From Eutreptiella sp. 'Long Island Sound 2002' (Eukaryota; Protista; Euglenida), in the NCBI GenBank assembly GCA_964036045.1, contig OZ038378.1:16244001-16308000 (forward strand): DNA of 64,000 nt, read 5' to 3'. Position numbers and translations under genes: made by a program. Positions 12,439 through 24,320 of this stretch are shown one piece after another. The notes below the pieces were generated by a model, which did not search any database, was not told the origin of the DNA, and saw only the letters and a program-made list of their open reading frames with translations. Each line of letters opens with the position of its first letter. The first letter of the stretch is position 1.

Positions 12439-12939
12439 GTGTGCCCGCCTCTTCTGTGCTCGTGCTGATGATCAGCATCAGCCGGATTATTGTGCCCCTG
12501 CCCCCGTCACAAAATAGCAAGATACCCTGTGGTTCCCATAGCTGCATCCCAACCGCCCCCCTCGTGGTTCGAACTCCCCAGAAGCGGTGGTCATTGGTGG
12601 CTCTCTCTGAAGATGCAGCTCCATTTTCTCTTCCGCACCTGTGGCGCGTGGCATGCTACGCTCACAACACCGCACGGCATCTGAGTCCTAAATTGCATTT
12701 AGAGAACGCATATCACCAGTGCTTTCCACCCAATTGAAGAGTGAAGTGTCACGCGAGTGTAAAACAATGTGCACAAAAAGGCAATTTTTTTTGTAGTGTT
12801 AGCGGAAGTGTCTATTTTTTTTAGTGTCAGCGTGAATGTACCCCAAACAAGTCCAATTGCTTTTTTTCGCTTCCAACCCCCCCTTTTTGAGCATTCCCGG
12901 AGTATTTAGCCATTGTGGCCCAACCCACCAATCCGCCCA

Positions 12940-13190
12940 CTCGTGCGCCACTTCCGATTTTCTCCCCCGCTGTGAAGCGTTGGAGACCCCAGACGGCAGC
13001 AGTTCTGTAGCCAATGCGCCCACATGTGGGCCACTTCTGATTTTTCCCCGGCTGTGAAGCGTTGGGGACCCCAGCCGGCCGGCAGGGGTCATGTAGCCAA
13101 TCTGACCATTCGCAGGCCACTGCTGATTTTGTCCCTTGCTCGGAAGCGTGGGGGACTCCAGACGGCATGTGTTATATAGCCAATCCTCCA
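12940..13190 (+). repeat. Dispersed modular repeat family (GTAGCCACTTCTGATTT / GGGGACCCC), copy in IleRS intron
   Basis: Three degenerate units of GCCACTTC(C/T)GATTTT...GAAGCGTTGG(A/G)GACCCCAG...GTAGCCAAT. Confidence 0.75.
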
Positions 13191-13452
13191 TGCCTTTTTT
13201 TTGGGTGTCCATTGCCTTTTCCCTCTCCCTTTTGTTACAACAACTAACCTATCGTACAACGCATTTTTAGGTGCAGTGTATCCAATATTCATTGGTTCCC
13301 CGTCACCCCCTTCCTCTCCTATTCTTTGTGCTCATCAAACCCTATAGAGCCTAACCAACCAACTAATGTGTTGCACACCTGCTATTTGCGGTGCCAATCC
13401 AATCCAATGCCCGCCCATTGGTCTCCCCTCCTATCCCTGTCATCAATACCTG

Positions 13453-14045
13453 TTTGTGGACAATATAATGGCGCGTCGGGGAAAATGTAATGTGCGGTGT
13501 GGAAAAAGAACAAGGCGTTGTGGAAAATGTGATACACATTGTGGAAAATATTTCACTTATCACAAACCGACGTACACGTATCTCCGCCCTATTATCAAAG
13601 CGAGGGTCGCATGACCGACCCGAGCGATCCGTTGCCGCCACAGGGGGCTGCTGCAACCGACAATCGTAATCGACGCATGCACCAAGCGTTGTATAACACG
13701 TTCACCGCGTTCCAGTTCGGAACAGCGCGCATTACAACAGCCATTCATGGTTTATGGTTGAGGCCAGGTGACGGTTGCTAAGTCAACCGTGGCTACCTCG
13801 TCAGCCATTGGCCAATGGATGTTGACTGGTGGACATGCGGTGTTATGCAAAGTGGTGAATGAGCATTGATTTTTGTTTTGGCAATTGCCAATTCCTGGCC
13901 AAGGTGCACCCATTTTGAGGACATTTTCCACGACGCGGTTCACATTTTCCCCAATGCCCGTTATCTTTTGCCCAACGCACACAGATTGCATTGTCCACAA
14001 AGCTTATTTCATTTGCAACAATGCATGTGTCATTTCCCACAACGC
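13453..14045. mobile_element. Foldback/MITE-like element with inverted arrays of GTGGAAAATG
   Basis: Left array (TTTGTGGACAAT, GGGGAAAATGT, GTGGAAAATGT, GTGGAAAATA; 13453-13552) is mirrored by a right array (ACATTTTCCAC, ACATTTTCCCC, ATTGTCCACAAA, CATTTCCCAC; 13921-14045). Confidence 0.5.
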
Positions 14046-14599
14046 ATTCTAGGGATATGGCGCAGTCTTTTAGCAATGAGGTCCTTTGTTGTTGAGCGCC
14101 AATTGCCGGCACTTGACTGCCAACTGCTAGCGGTTAAACAACGACAGTATGCAAGGGAAGTGCGAAAAGAAGTTACTAGAAAGCGGCGGGAGGCATTTTG
14201 TAGCGGTTGTAACAGTGGTTGGCAGAGGTTTGAGTTTGTGAGGACCACCAGGCTGAGACCGTCGCCTGGTGCGGCCACCAGGCTGAGACCGTCGCCTGGT
14301 GCGGGGCCTCATGCTGCCATTGGTATTTTAGCCATCGGCCTCTTTTCGCGCGCTCTCGTGTGCAACCCTGCAGCTGCCCACCCCCTGAGGCGTAGTACCC
14401 TAGGGCGGTGCTCGTCCCTAGGGGCAACACAGCACCTGGATAGGGCATGGGCCGCCGCGCACAGAGGGACACCACACCCCCAAAGTGGCACACCATGCAG
14501 TAATGGGGGGGGGGGTGGTCTTTCCCTTGGAATTAGCAAAGGGGGAGTGGCAGCGTGCCAGGCGCGCGCCGGGCATCTTTTCGGGCCACATTTGATATG

Positions 14600-15776
14600 G
14601 AGATGTAATCCACACTTTTTGCATGGCCCCTGTCCGGTTGGGGATATGGGGAATGCCCCTTTCCACAAGTTTTTTGTTCCATACCGGGGTTACTTTTAGC
14701 TTTTTTATGCATTTTGGATGTGGCATACTTGAATTGTCACCCATTTTTACCCATTTTCCATCCCTCTTTTCTCCGCACCATGGGGACCCCAAGAAGGCAA
14801 GGGTTATGTAGCCATATTGATCTCTCCCCACCATGGGGACCCCAGAAGGCAGGGGTAATGTAGCCACATTGATCTCTCCCCACCATGGGGACCCTGAGAA
14901 GGTAGGGGTGATGTAGCCATATTGATCTCTCCCCACCATGGGGACCCCGAGAAGGCAAGGGTGATGTAGCCACTTCTGATTTTGTCCCCGTTGCCCATGT
15001 TCGCGAATATCTCAACCATGTTGTACAAGAAATTCGCTAGGCTCACAGGTTGAATCCTTTCAACCGGTTGAATCCTTTCAACCATTGTCCCCATTTTCCC
15101 TTTTTTATGACACATTTCACAGACTCCATGCCCATCAGTTCCATTGGTGGCATATGGAGTGCTGACCTGTGGAATCCTAAGTATGCATCGCACGTTTACA
15201 AGGGAACTCTTGCCGTTGATACGTTGGGAAACATTGTATGGATTTGCCCTTGGCCCTTCGGACATCTGCCGATGTTCTGATTTGGGATGGGTATGGACCG
15301 TCTCGTGCGCGTGGTGATTTCTTTGATTTTGAGGTTGGGGGCCATGAGGGCGCATGCAAAGGCCGGATTCATGTCATTGTGCCATTCATTGGAAGGAAGA
15401 ATGGAATTTCGACGGCCCGGCAACAGCCGTACGTGCATGGGTGGTATAGGGCACACATTGAGCATTTGTTTGGATTGGGGTTTGGTTAGGAATATCTAGC
15501 ATGGCGGCCCTTATGAGTTGCACTAGTCCGTGCGTGGTTTGTTCCATTTCACGCAATTTTGCGTTCAGAGATAGGTCCGTCACCCTCCTTATGGGCCAGG
15601 GGACCATGTCACGCCTCATGTTTGGACTGGTAAAAGATGAGGGAGAGGATGAGGCAGATGTGTGTGCGTTGTGTTATCAGAAGCGCTCCACCATCACAGT
15701 TTGTGGTGAGTGCCACCAGCTTTATTGTGACGAATGCATTGATGCCCACACTTGTGGGGAACAAGTTGTTTATTAG
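14600..15776 (+). mobile_element. Decayed PIF/Harbinger-superfamily DDE transposase, within IleRS intron
   Basis: Across frameshifts: HFP..MTHFTDSMPI (D1), WNPKYASHVYK, VDTLGNIVWICP, TSADVLIWD (D2 region), GGHEGACKG (LGDxGY-equivalent) and YRAHIEHLFG (RxxIExxFG), the DDE_Tnp_4 motif order. Stops and frameshifts are present. Confidence 0.75.
14779..14990 (+). repeat. About 53-bp x4 minisatellite of the GTAGCC family inserted in the Harbinger relic
   Basis: Unit ATGGGGACCCC(A/G)AGAAGGCAGGGGT(G/T/A)ATGTAGCCA(T/C)ATTGATCTCTCCCCACC at about 14779, 14832, 14884 and 14937. Confidence 0.85.
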
Positions 15777-16255
15777 CCAATACATGATGGATGCAGATTG
15801 TTGCTATTTTGACTTATGTAGCGCGCTTAGTGGGGAAAGTTTGCGGTCCACTCTGGTCGATTTGGGGGGCTCTTCTGGGGGAGGGGAAGTCCGGGGTTAA
15901 AGCCGGGATAAATAATACAAAAGCAGTGCACTGGGCGCGCGCCAGGCAAACACCTCCCCAAAGCCCCAGTTCAATGGCAGGTTGTCGTTGTTGTGTGTGG
16001 CTTCAGTGAATGGCCGTGGCTGTGGATAACATACGTCTTCACGCTGTCTACGGCCAACTGGATGTGTGCCCAAGACATGGCCGAACGGGCTGTGCTCCAC
16101 TCTTTTCGCCGAAGCATTGTGAGAAGTGTGGGGGGTTGGGGCAGGTCCTGTCACAGTGACAGCGCTCACTGGCCTCCCATGGCTGCACTGGAGGAGCGGA
16201 GGGAGTACTGGTGCTCAGGGAGTGTGGATAACTGCCTCCCGAACGTTGTCTGCAG

Positions 16256-16465
16256 CCTGGGGACGCCATCAAGATCTACTACGAGAACGTGGAGGACGAC
16301 GCACAGATCACTGGTGCCCTTGCCCAGGAGGCGTCGTACATCAGTGACACTGTCAAGCACCCTTGGGCCGATTTGAAGGCAGGAGCACCCCAGACGGACA
16401 TTATCATTCGTGAGGAACAGGAGCTGAATCAGAAGAAGGTGGTGTTCGTGTTGGCCAAACCGTGA
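16256..16465 (+). CDS. IARS1: Cytosolic isoleucyl-tRNA synthetase, last or penultimate coding exon
   Basis: CTGCAG acceptor, phase 0. Reads PGDAIKIYYENVEDDAQITGALAQEASYISDTVKHPWADLKAGAPQTDIIIREEQELNQKKVVFVLAKP*. The stop overlaps a canonical GTGAGT donor. Confidence 0.85.
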   Translation, partial: PGDAIKIYYENVEDDAQITGALAQEASYISDTVKHPWADLKAGAPQTDIIIREEQELNQKKVVFVLAKP

Positions 16466-19400
16466 GTACGAACGGTGTGATCAAAGGTGTGATGGCTGGC
16501 GGGTCTGGACGCCTGACCTGTCATGGGCGGGCAGGAGGGTGTGAGGGGCTGGATGCGTGAGGCCCGTGTGTGTGATGGGCGATGGATTGGGGGAAGGCTG
16601 GGCGCAGCGGGACAAGCTTGTTGGGGGCCCGGTGTGTGTACATTGTGGAGGCAAGTCGAGGATTGTTTGCCCTTCGTGGTCCATTTTAGGTTGCACTACC
16701 GAAATATTCTGCTGAAGAATTGTCGCGACTCCCGCTACAGTGGGCGAAGTGTGCATTAGCACGCTGCTGTTCTTGGCGCTTCCTTGCCCACCGAGGGGGT
16801 GCAGATCTTGTGGACTGTGCGCATATTCATTTTGTCTCCAAGAATTACTGAGTCACTGCAGTTGGGCCACATTTTTTTCCCACTGAAATACTGTTGGTAG
16901 AAGTGGAAGTTGAGTTACAGCAATTGAACTGGAGGATTTGGCAGCAGATGGATTGGCAGCAAAGAACGGCGATGGATGGGTGTAAACCTGGGCTTGTACA
17001 GAAGGGGCGGGAGCTGTGAGTGCCTGCAGGACGCGCGACAGTCGTCCACGGAGCTGAAAACAGCCTGTCCACACAAGACGGGAACGCCGTGACACTCTGA
17101 TCACTGGTTTGTTGACTGGGTCGAAGAGTCAATCGTGTTGTGGCAACAAAATGGTGCCAATTGGGGAGAACCAGGACCCTTCCATTTGGAGGGGGTGGCT
17201 GAGGACCGGTTGTATGGGGGAAGGGCTGGGGATGGACTCTGTTGCGATGGCATTGTGCACGGGGGCTTCTGTGAAATGGTCAGAAGGAGGGCGGGGGGTA
17301 CTCGAAGGCTCCAAGCACTGCCAATCATCGTTGTATGGAGGGGGTTGGCTGTGGAGTTATGGCGCGGGTCCCTCTGCCCCCGCACCCCCCCCCATGTCAT
17401 CACAGCACGCAAGAGGGACCCACCAGCGGATACTCACACTGGTCAACCGAGGCCCTCCTGGGGTTTCCTGCAGGTGACCCGCTGAAGGCGTCTGCCCCTC
17501 CTCCCGCCTTTCGGCTGCGGCGGCTGGGCCCTGAAACCTCCTGAAACGGCTGGGAAAAGTTCCCAAATTTGTGGTATACTTTCCCTGGATTTGGGGGGGG
17601 GGGGGGGTTGAAGCCCCTCGCCTTCACTGCTGCACGGCATTCTCTTGTGGCCAGCCACGGTGTGCCGTGCGCACGCCCACTGTGATCCCCTTGTTCGTGC
17701 AGGTGGTACGCCCCAACGGCTTTGCAGTTGCTGGGGTGACTGGAGGTGCTGCTGAGCATTGCCCATGCAACCAGGACCAGAGCGCAGATGGTGAACCAGA
17801 TGCTCAGCAATGTCCCCCATGGAAGCCCCTGTTGGACCATCCGGGCCGAGTCTTTGCGGGGTGCGCGGCACGCGCGGTGCAGAGTAGTCCCCATGGGACG
17901 TCATTCCGCAGGACGTGCTGCAGCCATCCACAACGCTACATAGCGACGCACATGGGGGGGGGGGGGGGGGCACTGGCGAGCCTGGCATAGTGGACGAGGG
18001 AGTTGTGTGGGCACCATGCTATCTGTGTGCAAGCACAACGGACGGACCTGGGGGGGGGGGGGGTTCACAGTACTGTATTCTCGCAGGCTTTTTTTCTCCC
18101 TACCGTTGGTGGGGGCCGGGGGTTGGAGGCAGGCATCTCTGCCTGCTGCCCACGCGCAAAATGCGTTTCATATATTAGATTTCCCAGACCCCACGCCCAC
18201 TGCCCCTTTCCGCACACCCCCTCCCTCACACACACACTGCCCCATGCAGCGCAATGTAGGGTCCCGCAGCTGGTCCGTTGGGCCTTTCTGCTCCACGATA
18301 TGCCCCCAATTTCCCCCTCCGCAACGGCTGCACATGATATGTCTCATGAAGCACACCGCCCCTCAGGCATGCACCGCACCCCCGCATGTGGGCGTGGGCC
18401 CTCCGTCACCTCATTCAGTCCAAAGTGGACCGGTGTCTTTGGCAATGTGGCCTCCACCAAGCGCAGCGGACTGCCCGACGTGGCGGCGCTGGTTCGTGAG
18501 TCGCCGGTTCACAATTTGCCAACGCGGTTTGGCAAGTAACCGACAGCAGTTACTGGCTTAATGACGCCTTTGTTAGGTCGGCCGAAACAGAGTCCTGTAG
18601 GCTTCATGTCCCCTCCCCTCCTCCCCCTCCCCCTATCAAGGACCGCCCTGACTGCAGAGAGCCATGGCGTGAGACGGGATGGCACTCCCTGCATCTGGGA
18701 CGATACCCATTTTCAGAGGGCACAGGCTGACATGCAATTGCCAAATTCCACACGCGGTCCAACACCCCATCCCGATGCGGTCGCCAGGAGGGCTGTAGGG
18801 CGCAGGTTTGGAACAAAGCCATGCAGATGGGCTGTTTGGAGAGGGGATGCTGACGTAGTTCTTGTCCGCTAGAAATGACACTCAGAATGGAGGCGCGAAT
18901 GATGGGCTTCACGGGCAACAATACCTTGTTTTGATGACCATCTGAAAGCCCACACCTTCCACTGCCACAGCAGCCCATGGCGGTGCTGCAGTTGCAACAG
19001 CACAAATATGGGGATTCATTCATGTCTTTGTGCCTCTGTGTTGCTGCTGCACCAGAAACTGGTCTGGGCACTGTTTGGTGGAGGCAGGGGCTGGTTGCAT
19101 CTGGGACGCTGCGGGCTACTGCCAGGTGTACCCTGGGGGCGCTGGAGGTTGCGGAGGGACGTCCAGGGGGCGACAGGGCCTGCCGTGGGGGATACCCAAG
19201 GTGCTTGGGGCGGACGTGGGGTGCAGCAACATCGGGGTCACTGCAGGGCACATAAAGGGCGCCTGTGGCTGCCAACGTGCGTGCAATGGGGGGCCGTCAG
19301 CAGCTACCGGATTGCACTGGGGTGTAATTGGTGGGGCTGTGCAAGCGGTGCAGGGGCTGGTGCTGTGCAGGAAAAAGGGGGCTGTGCGGGGACTGGGGCT

Positions 19401-21904
19401 GCAAAGGGGATGGGGCTGCGCAGCAGGGCTAAGGGGGGAGGTCGTGCAAGGTGTGCCTCGTAGGGAGTCTGGATGTGGGGGGGGGGTGTGCAGGGGGCAG
19501 CGCCATGCATATGTGGGGGCATGCAGGGGTTGGGGCCCATGCATAGGGCCAGCCATACGGAGGGCAGGGCCCAGACTGCGTTTTTTGGGATTGGAATTCA
19601 GGAAGCTTTGACATGAGTAAGTCAAGCCGCCCGTGGAGTGTAGCAGCTTTTTCCCTTCGTTTGGCAATTTCTGACCGGGTTTTAGGGCTGTTTTGGACAA
19701 AAAAAGGCTGTTTTTGGCCCAAAACTGCGCAGATTTGGAAGAGCACCTCCCGACCTGGTGCCTACGCCCCAGGTCGCCACCAGCGAGTTCGGGGCTCAAA
19801 CTCTAGGTCGCGGTTGGACTGGGTGCCCTCGCAATCGCGTTTTGAGCCGCGTAGCCCAAAATACGGTTTTTTTGTTTGTTTCAGGCTGTCAGTGGCTAAT
19901 CTGCCCAAAATTTTGGGCTTTTTGGCGCTTTTGGGGGTGTTTCTCCGACATATTGTGGAATTAGAGCACACCAAAGGACTGACCAGAAACCACACTCTTG
20001 AGAGTGGTGTTGAGATGGTAGTGGTTATGAGCTTTGCAGCCCCAAGACAGCAAGGAGCATGTAGCCATGCCCCTCCTCCCCGCTTTGGAGATCTGGATAC
20101 AGCAGGGGTTATGTAGCTATGTCAGTCCTCCATTTTGGGAGATGCATGGTGCTTCGCATGTTTTCCCCTACCACCATATCATCCTATTTGAGAATTATTT
20201 TCTCTTGTGAAATGAAATTTTTTTTCCACCTTTGTAGCTTATCCACTGAGCTCAATGCTCGCCGCTCTTTTCGTGTTCCTGCTCAGCATATTGGTGTTGC
20301 ATATCTGTAATGCATGCCCAACGTCCACATCGCTTGTGTCTGTGTCTCTGACTGTCTGACTGTCTGTCAGTCTGTCTGTCCAGTGGGGATAACAAAGGAG
20401 GCAGAAGGACTTTTTGCTGTCTAAAACAGACTCTCATATTACAGTGAGCAGTCGCAGCGTGGCAACAGTGGCAGTAGCAGCAGCAAGACAATGCTATTGT
20501 CACTGCTGCTGCTACTAATACTATTACTGTCTCTCCTACTGCTACTGTTACTGCTTGGAGGCTGCTGCTGCACTTATCTGTTGCAACTTCTTCCTGCACC
20601 AAGGTTTATATGCCATGATGGTGCATAGCAAGAAGTAGCCCATGGCCTCTGGCTTATGATCCAAGCCCCTGGCGGTATCAATACCCCAGAGGCAGAAAAC
20701 CCTACAAAAAAAATTAGAAAAGGGACGCCCGCCCCTGCAAGCGAAAAGAAAAAGGGCGGCCTCATGCTTCTTGGAGGGTCTGAAACGCTGATGATCCCTA
20801 GGAATCCACGGATGTTGACATACAGGGACCTTGGTGGGTTCCTGAGGTCTGGGTGAATGTTGGCCCAAAATCCCATTAGACCGTGCCCCAGTATCAACAC
20901 AGTCTGGTGGGGCCATATTGGGGTTGGGGCTGCACAGGAGCTTGGGCTGTGGTGGGAGGTGAACCATGCCAAGGTGATGGGTGCCTGTCCAATAATGCAT
21001 GTGTTGAGCACTCTGGTGATGTGGTGCACCATGGTGCCATTGTTGCAGGCAAGGGGGCTGTCCAGCTTGTGGCAAGGTTCCCTTGGGAGTGTGACGTAGG
21101 AGGTGGGGAGATTTGAAGTGGGGTGGGGTGGGGTGGGGTGGGGGCTTGCAAGGGACCCCGCATAGCCAATCACCCATAGCCAATTTAAGGCCTGAGCGCT
21201 CCCGACTGGTGCTGTCCAACGTACCTCCACTGTTCTCGGGGGGGTGGGGGGTGCTGGGTCAGGTTTAGTCGGTGGCTTCGTTGGGGGATGTTAGCCGACA
21301 AGGTGCACGCAGCCATGGCGTGCGCCCAGCCGCAGTGCTTATTAGTCACCCCCAACCTCCACCCCAGAATGGCCATCAGGCATAATTTATAAGAGCTATT
21401 TTGCAAGGGGGGGGGGTCCTGGTTGGGGGGTCTAAAGCTCTGGACCCCCACCCCTCTGATAATTCCGAGGGTTTCCTGGGTTGGGCTCCCGCCACACCTT
21501 CTTTCTTTGGTCACAGGAGCCTTGTCTGGCTGTTTGCTGGTGCCCTTTTCTGCTTTGTCGTTGTACAGGTGGCAGTTTTTCAGATGGGGGACCTTTTTTT
21601 TGATAACATCTTAAACCTGTGGACCTTTTGTTGCACAAAACTATCAGAGCTGGTTCGTAGCCCAGTTGTCAAGGTACACGACTGCAGTTCCAGTGATCCC
21701 TGGTTCAAGCTCTGGGATTGTCCAGTTTTTGGTGTGTCACCCTTTGGGGTTGCCTAACACGGGAGAGCGCCTTGGCTTCAATTTGGTTCACAAAAAAATG
21801 CTCCCCACAGATTTATAAGAGGGGGGGGGGTCCTGGGTGGGTCAAAAGTTGGGTGGGTGGGTCCAAAGTTGGATGGGTGGGTAGCCCCTTGTCATTTTGT
21901 CTCA

Positions 21905-22440
21905 TTTCTTGGGGACCCCCAAGAACGCAGGGGTTACGTCGCAATTTGGCCCGGTTTCGGGCCCCCGAGAAGGCACCGGTGATGTAGCCACTTCTGATTT
22001 TCACCCCTTTTCCGGGGGCACCCGACAACACAGTGGTTAACCAGCAATACTGCCCACTGCCCCCCCCCAGGAAGGCAGGGCTGATGTAGCCACTTCTGAT
22101 TTGGTTCGCGGTTCCGGGGACCCGCGAGAAACACAAGGTGTTACGTAGCAATTTGGCCTCCTTTCGCGCCCCCTGGGAAGGCAGTGGTGAGGTAGCCATT
22201 TTTGATTCTGTTCTTTTTTTCGGCATCGTCGAGAACTGGGTAGTCGCGTAGCAATAATGCCCACCTCCGGGCCCCTAAGAAGGTAGGGATGAACTAGCCA
22301 GTTGTGACCCCTTTTTTCGGCACGTTCAGGAACACAATGGTCCGACAACAATACTGTGCACTGCTGGGCCCCCTGAGAAGGCACCGGCGATGTAGCCCCT
22401 TATGATTTTGTCCCCTTCTCTGGGGAGGCCCAAGAAGCGC
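21905..22440 (+). repeat. GTAGCC family dispersed repeat, longer copy
   Basis: Alternating GATGTAGCCACTTCTGATTT and TTACGT(A/C)GCAATTTGGCC modules with GGGGACCC/GAAGGCA linkers. Confidence 0.75.
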
Positions 22441-22690
22441 ATGGGTTAGTCTTGTCCAAAATGCCCCCACCCCTCTTATAAACGATGCCTGATGGCCATC
22501 ACTCTGAGGTGGTTTGGACCATGTTGGCGCCACAGGCACCAAGAGCCATGTCCCCAGGTGTGACCTGTTCAAAAAATGTCCACACCCCCTCCTTTAGGTT
22601 TCTCTAGACGTGCGGAATGTCATGGATATTTCGACAAAGGAACTTGCGTTGTGTCTTTGTAATCACCCACAGATCAACCCGCCCCCTGAG

Positions 22691-22749
22691 ATGGCAGCAG
22701 CGATGTGGCCAATTCAAGCTTCTCCCCAGGGGGCCCTGAGGTTGCAAGG
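22691..22749 (+). CDS. GT34-like (galactosyl/xylosyltransferase family) type II membrane protein, exon 1 (putative)
   Basis: ATG at 22691, 18 nt after a CACAG acceptor. Reads MAAAMWPIQASPQGALRLQ, phase-2 GT donor at 22750. The 145-bp intron carries TACTGAC (branch-like) and TGTAG. No homology support for this exon. Confidence 0.5.
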
Positions 22750-22894
22750 GTTATGCCGCCTGGTTGCTTCTTCCCTGCTGTGGCTCCTGCCGCCGGTCAG
22801 TATTTGGCCTCACCCCTGCCCCCTCCGCTTTTGAGGACCAAAATGCTGGGGCAAAGATTGCCTCTTTACTGACGTGCCTCTCTGTGCTTTGTAG

Positions 22895-23210
22895 GATCTT
22901 GTCTGGGCACAGGATCTTGCCACAGCATGCGATATACCACTGCTGTGCCCTGCCCAGCCCACGCTGGTTCATGAGGCTCTTAGCATTCTGCCTCTGGCTG
23001 CTGCTGGTCACCGTAGTGGTCTCGCTTGCAGTGTCGTTGGTCTTGCTGTATGCGGATTCAGCTGTGTGCCACCGTCCCGTTGCCAAGGCTGGCACAACGA
23101 CACAGGATGCAAGTCTGTGTGCTGTCACAGTGGTACCCACCTACATAGAAGAAGTCCCGAATGCCACTGCACGTCCGGCATCTCTGTCGATCATGGACGT
23201 GGTGCACCAG
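22895..23210 (+). CDS. GT34-like protein exon 2 (signal-anchor TM helix and stem)
   Basis: Open frame with hydrophobic LLAFCLWLLLVTVVVSLAVSLVLLYA. CAG/GT donor at phase 0 fits the exon at 26209. Confidence 0.65.
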
Positions 23211-24234
23211 GTTTGTGTGTGCAATCGTTCACCCAAAAGTGGGATACAGGACGGGGACAACACCACCTACATTTCCCCATCCTCCCCCTAGCCCCCCAGA
23301 TCCAGGTGGAGGATTTTTGCCAGCTGTGGCGTTTGCGATGGGTTTTTAGGAGACACTTGTCTTTAGCGGTGCTTTTTTGTGATTGTCCATGAAGATCATG
23401 GATTGTTTTTTGGTTTTGTAATTTGAGGCTGCGGATACTATTGTAGGGAAACTGGTTGCTGTCCTGCCACCCAAAGTCACCCCTCCTTGTCCTTTGGAGA
23501 TGGAATTGGGGAATCACCTGACGACCAGTACATTCACACTGCAACGGTCACTGCTTGTGTCTTCTTGCAGGGTGTGCGAACAACGCCCTTGTCAGAGCAA
23601 CAGTCGGTGCAGTAGGTGTTGTTTTCATCAAATTTAGTGCTTTTACCCTTGTTCTCGCAAGGGGCGGGGTATTTCTTTTCACCTACTGCCTGTTGTCAGT
23701 GTTTCTCTTTTGGAGCCGAGTGTGGGGGGCCCCCTCTCCAAGACCACGAAAATCTGCCTGTTTCCGGGGTGGAACAGCAGTCAGTCAGATCATTGAGAAG
23801 CCTCAAGGGTACAGAAATTCCCCCCACTCACACTGTACAGCCGTTTGTTTTGGCTGGTTTGTGTGGGAAGGGTGACGCTGGATTTGCGCTGGAGAATCCA
23901 GCGCAAACTCCACTGCTGATTGGGGCACAGCCATCAAGGGATAAAGGTTTCATTCAAGCTGCACCAGATAGAAAACAAGAGGCCAAAGGGGACAAGTGAC
24001 AAATGTCAAAGGTGGGGCCAGCAGAGCACTCTCACCCACCGAACTACTGCTTCACAAATCACCGCAATCAACCAGCAGGTCAGGGTTGGCAATAAGATTC
24101 AGGGGGGTGGGGGTGGGGTGGGGTGGGCAGGGGCTGGCTACCGGTGTCCACGGTTGGTTGTGAACTTGTGGACATTCCCATGGTCAGGTGTCCACGGTCT
24201 CCCACATTGTGCTGTCGACAGTCGGGTATGAACC

Positions 24235-24320
24235 CAACTTGGCCTGGGGTTATGTAGCCATGTTGATTTCTCCCCACTATGGGGACCCTGAGAAGGCAGG
24301 GGTTATGTGGCCATATTGAT
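24235..24320 (+). repeat. Short GTAGCC family copy in GT34 intron
   Basis: GGGTTATGTAGCCATGTTGATTTCTCCCCACTATGGGGACCCTGAGAAGGCAGGGGTTATGTGGCC matches the 53-bp unit at 14779. Confidence 0.8.

Noticed and set aside
17700-19300. Exon-like GC-rich ORFs downstream of IleRS
   Set aside because: No recognisable motifs in any frame and no phase-consistent chain.
23571-23611. Extra mini-exon in the GT34-like gene (GVRTTPLSEQQSV)
   Set aside because: It has AG/GT ends, but its phase-2 exit does not fit the phase-0 exon at 26209, and 23210-26209 joins in frame without it.
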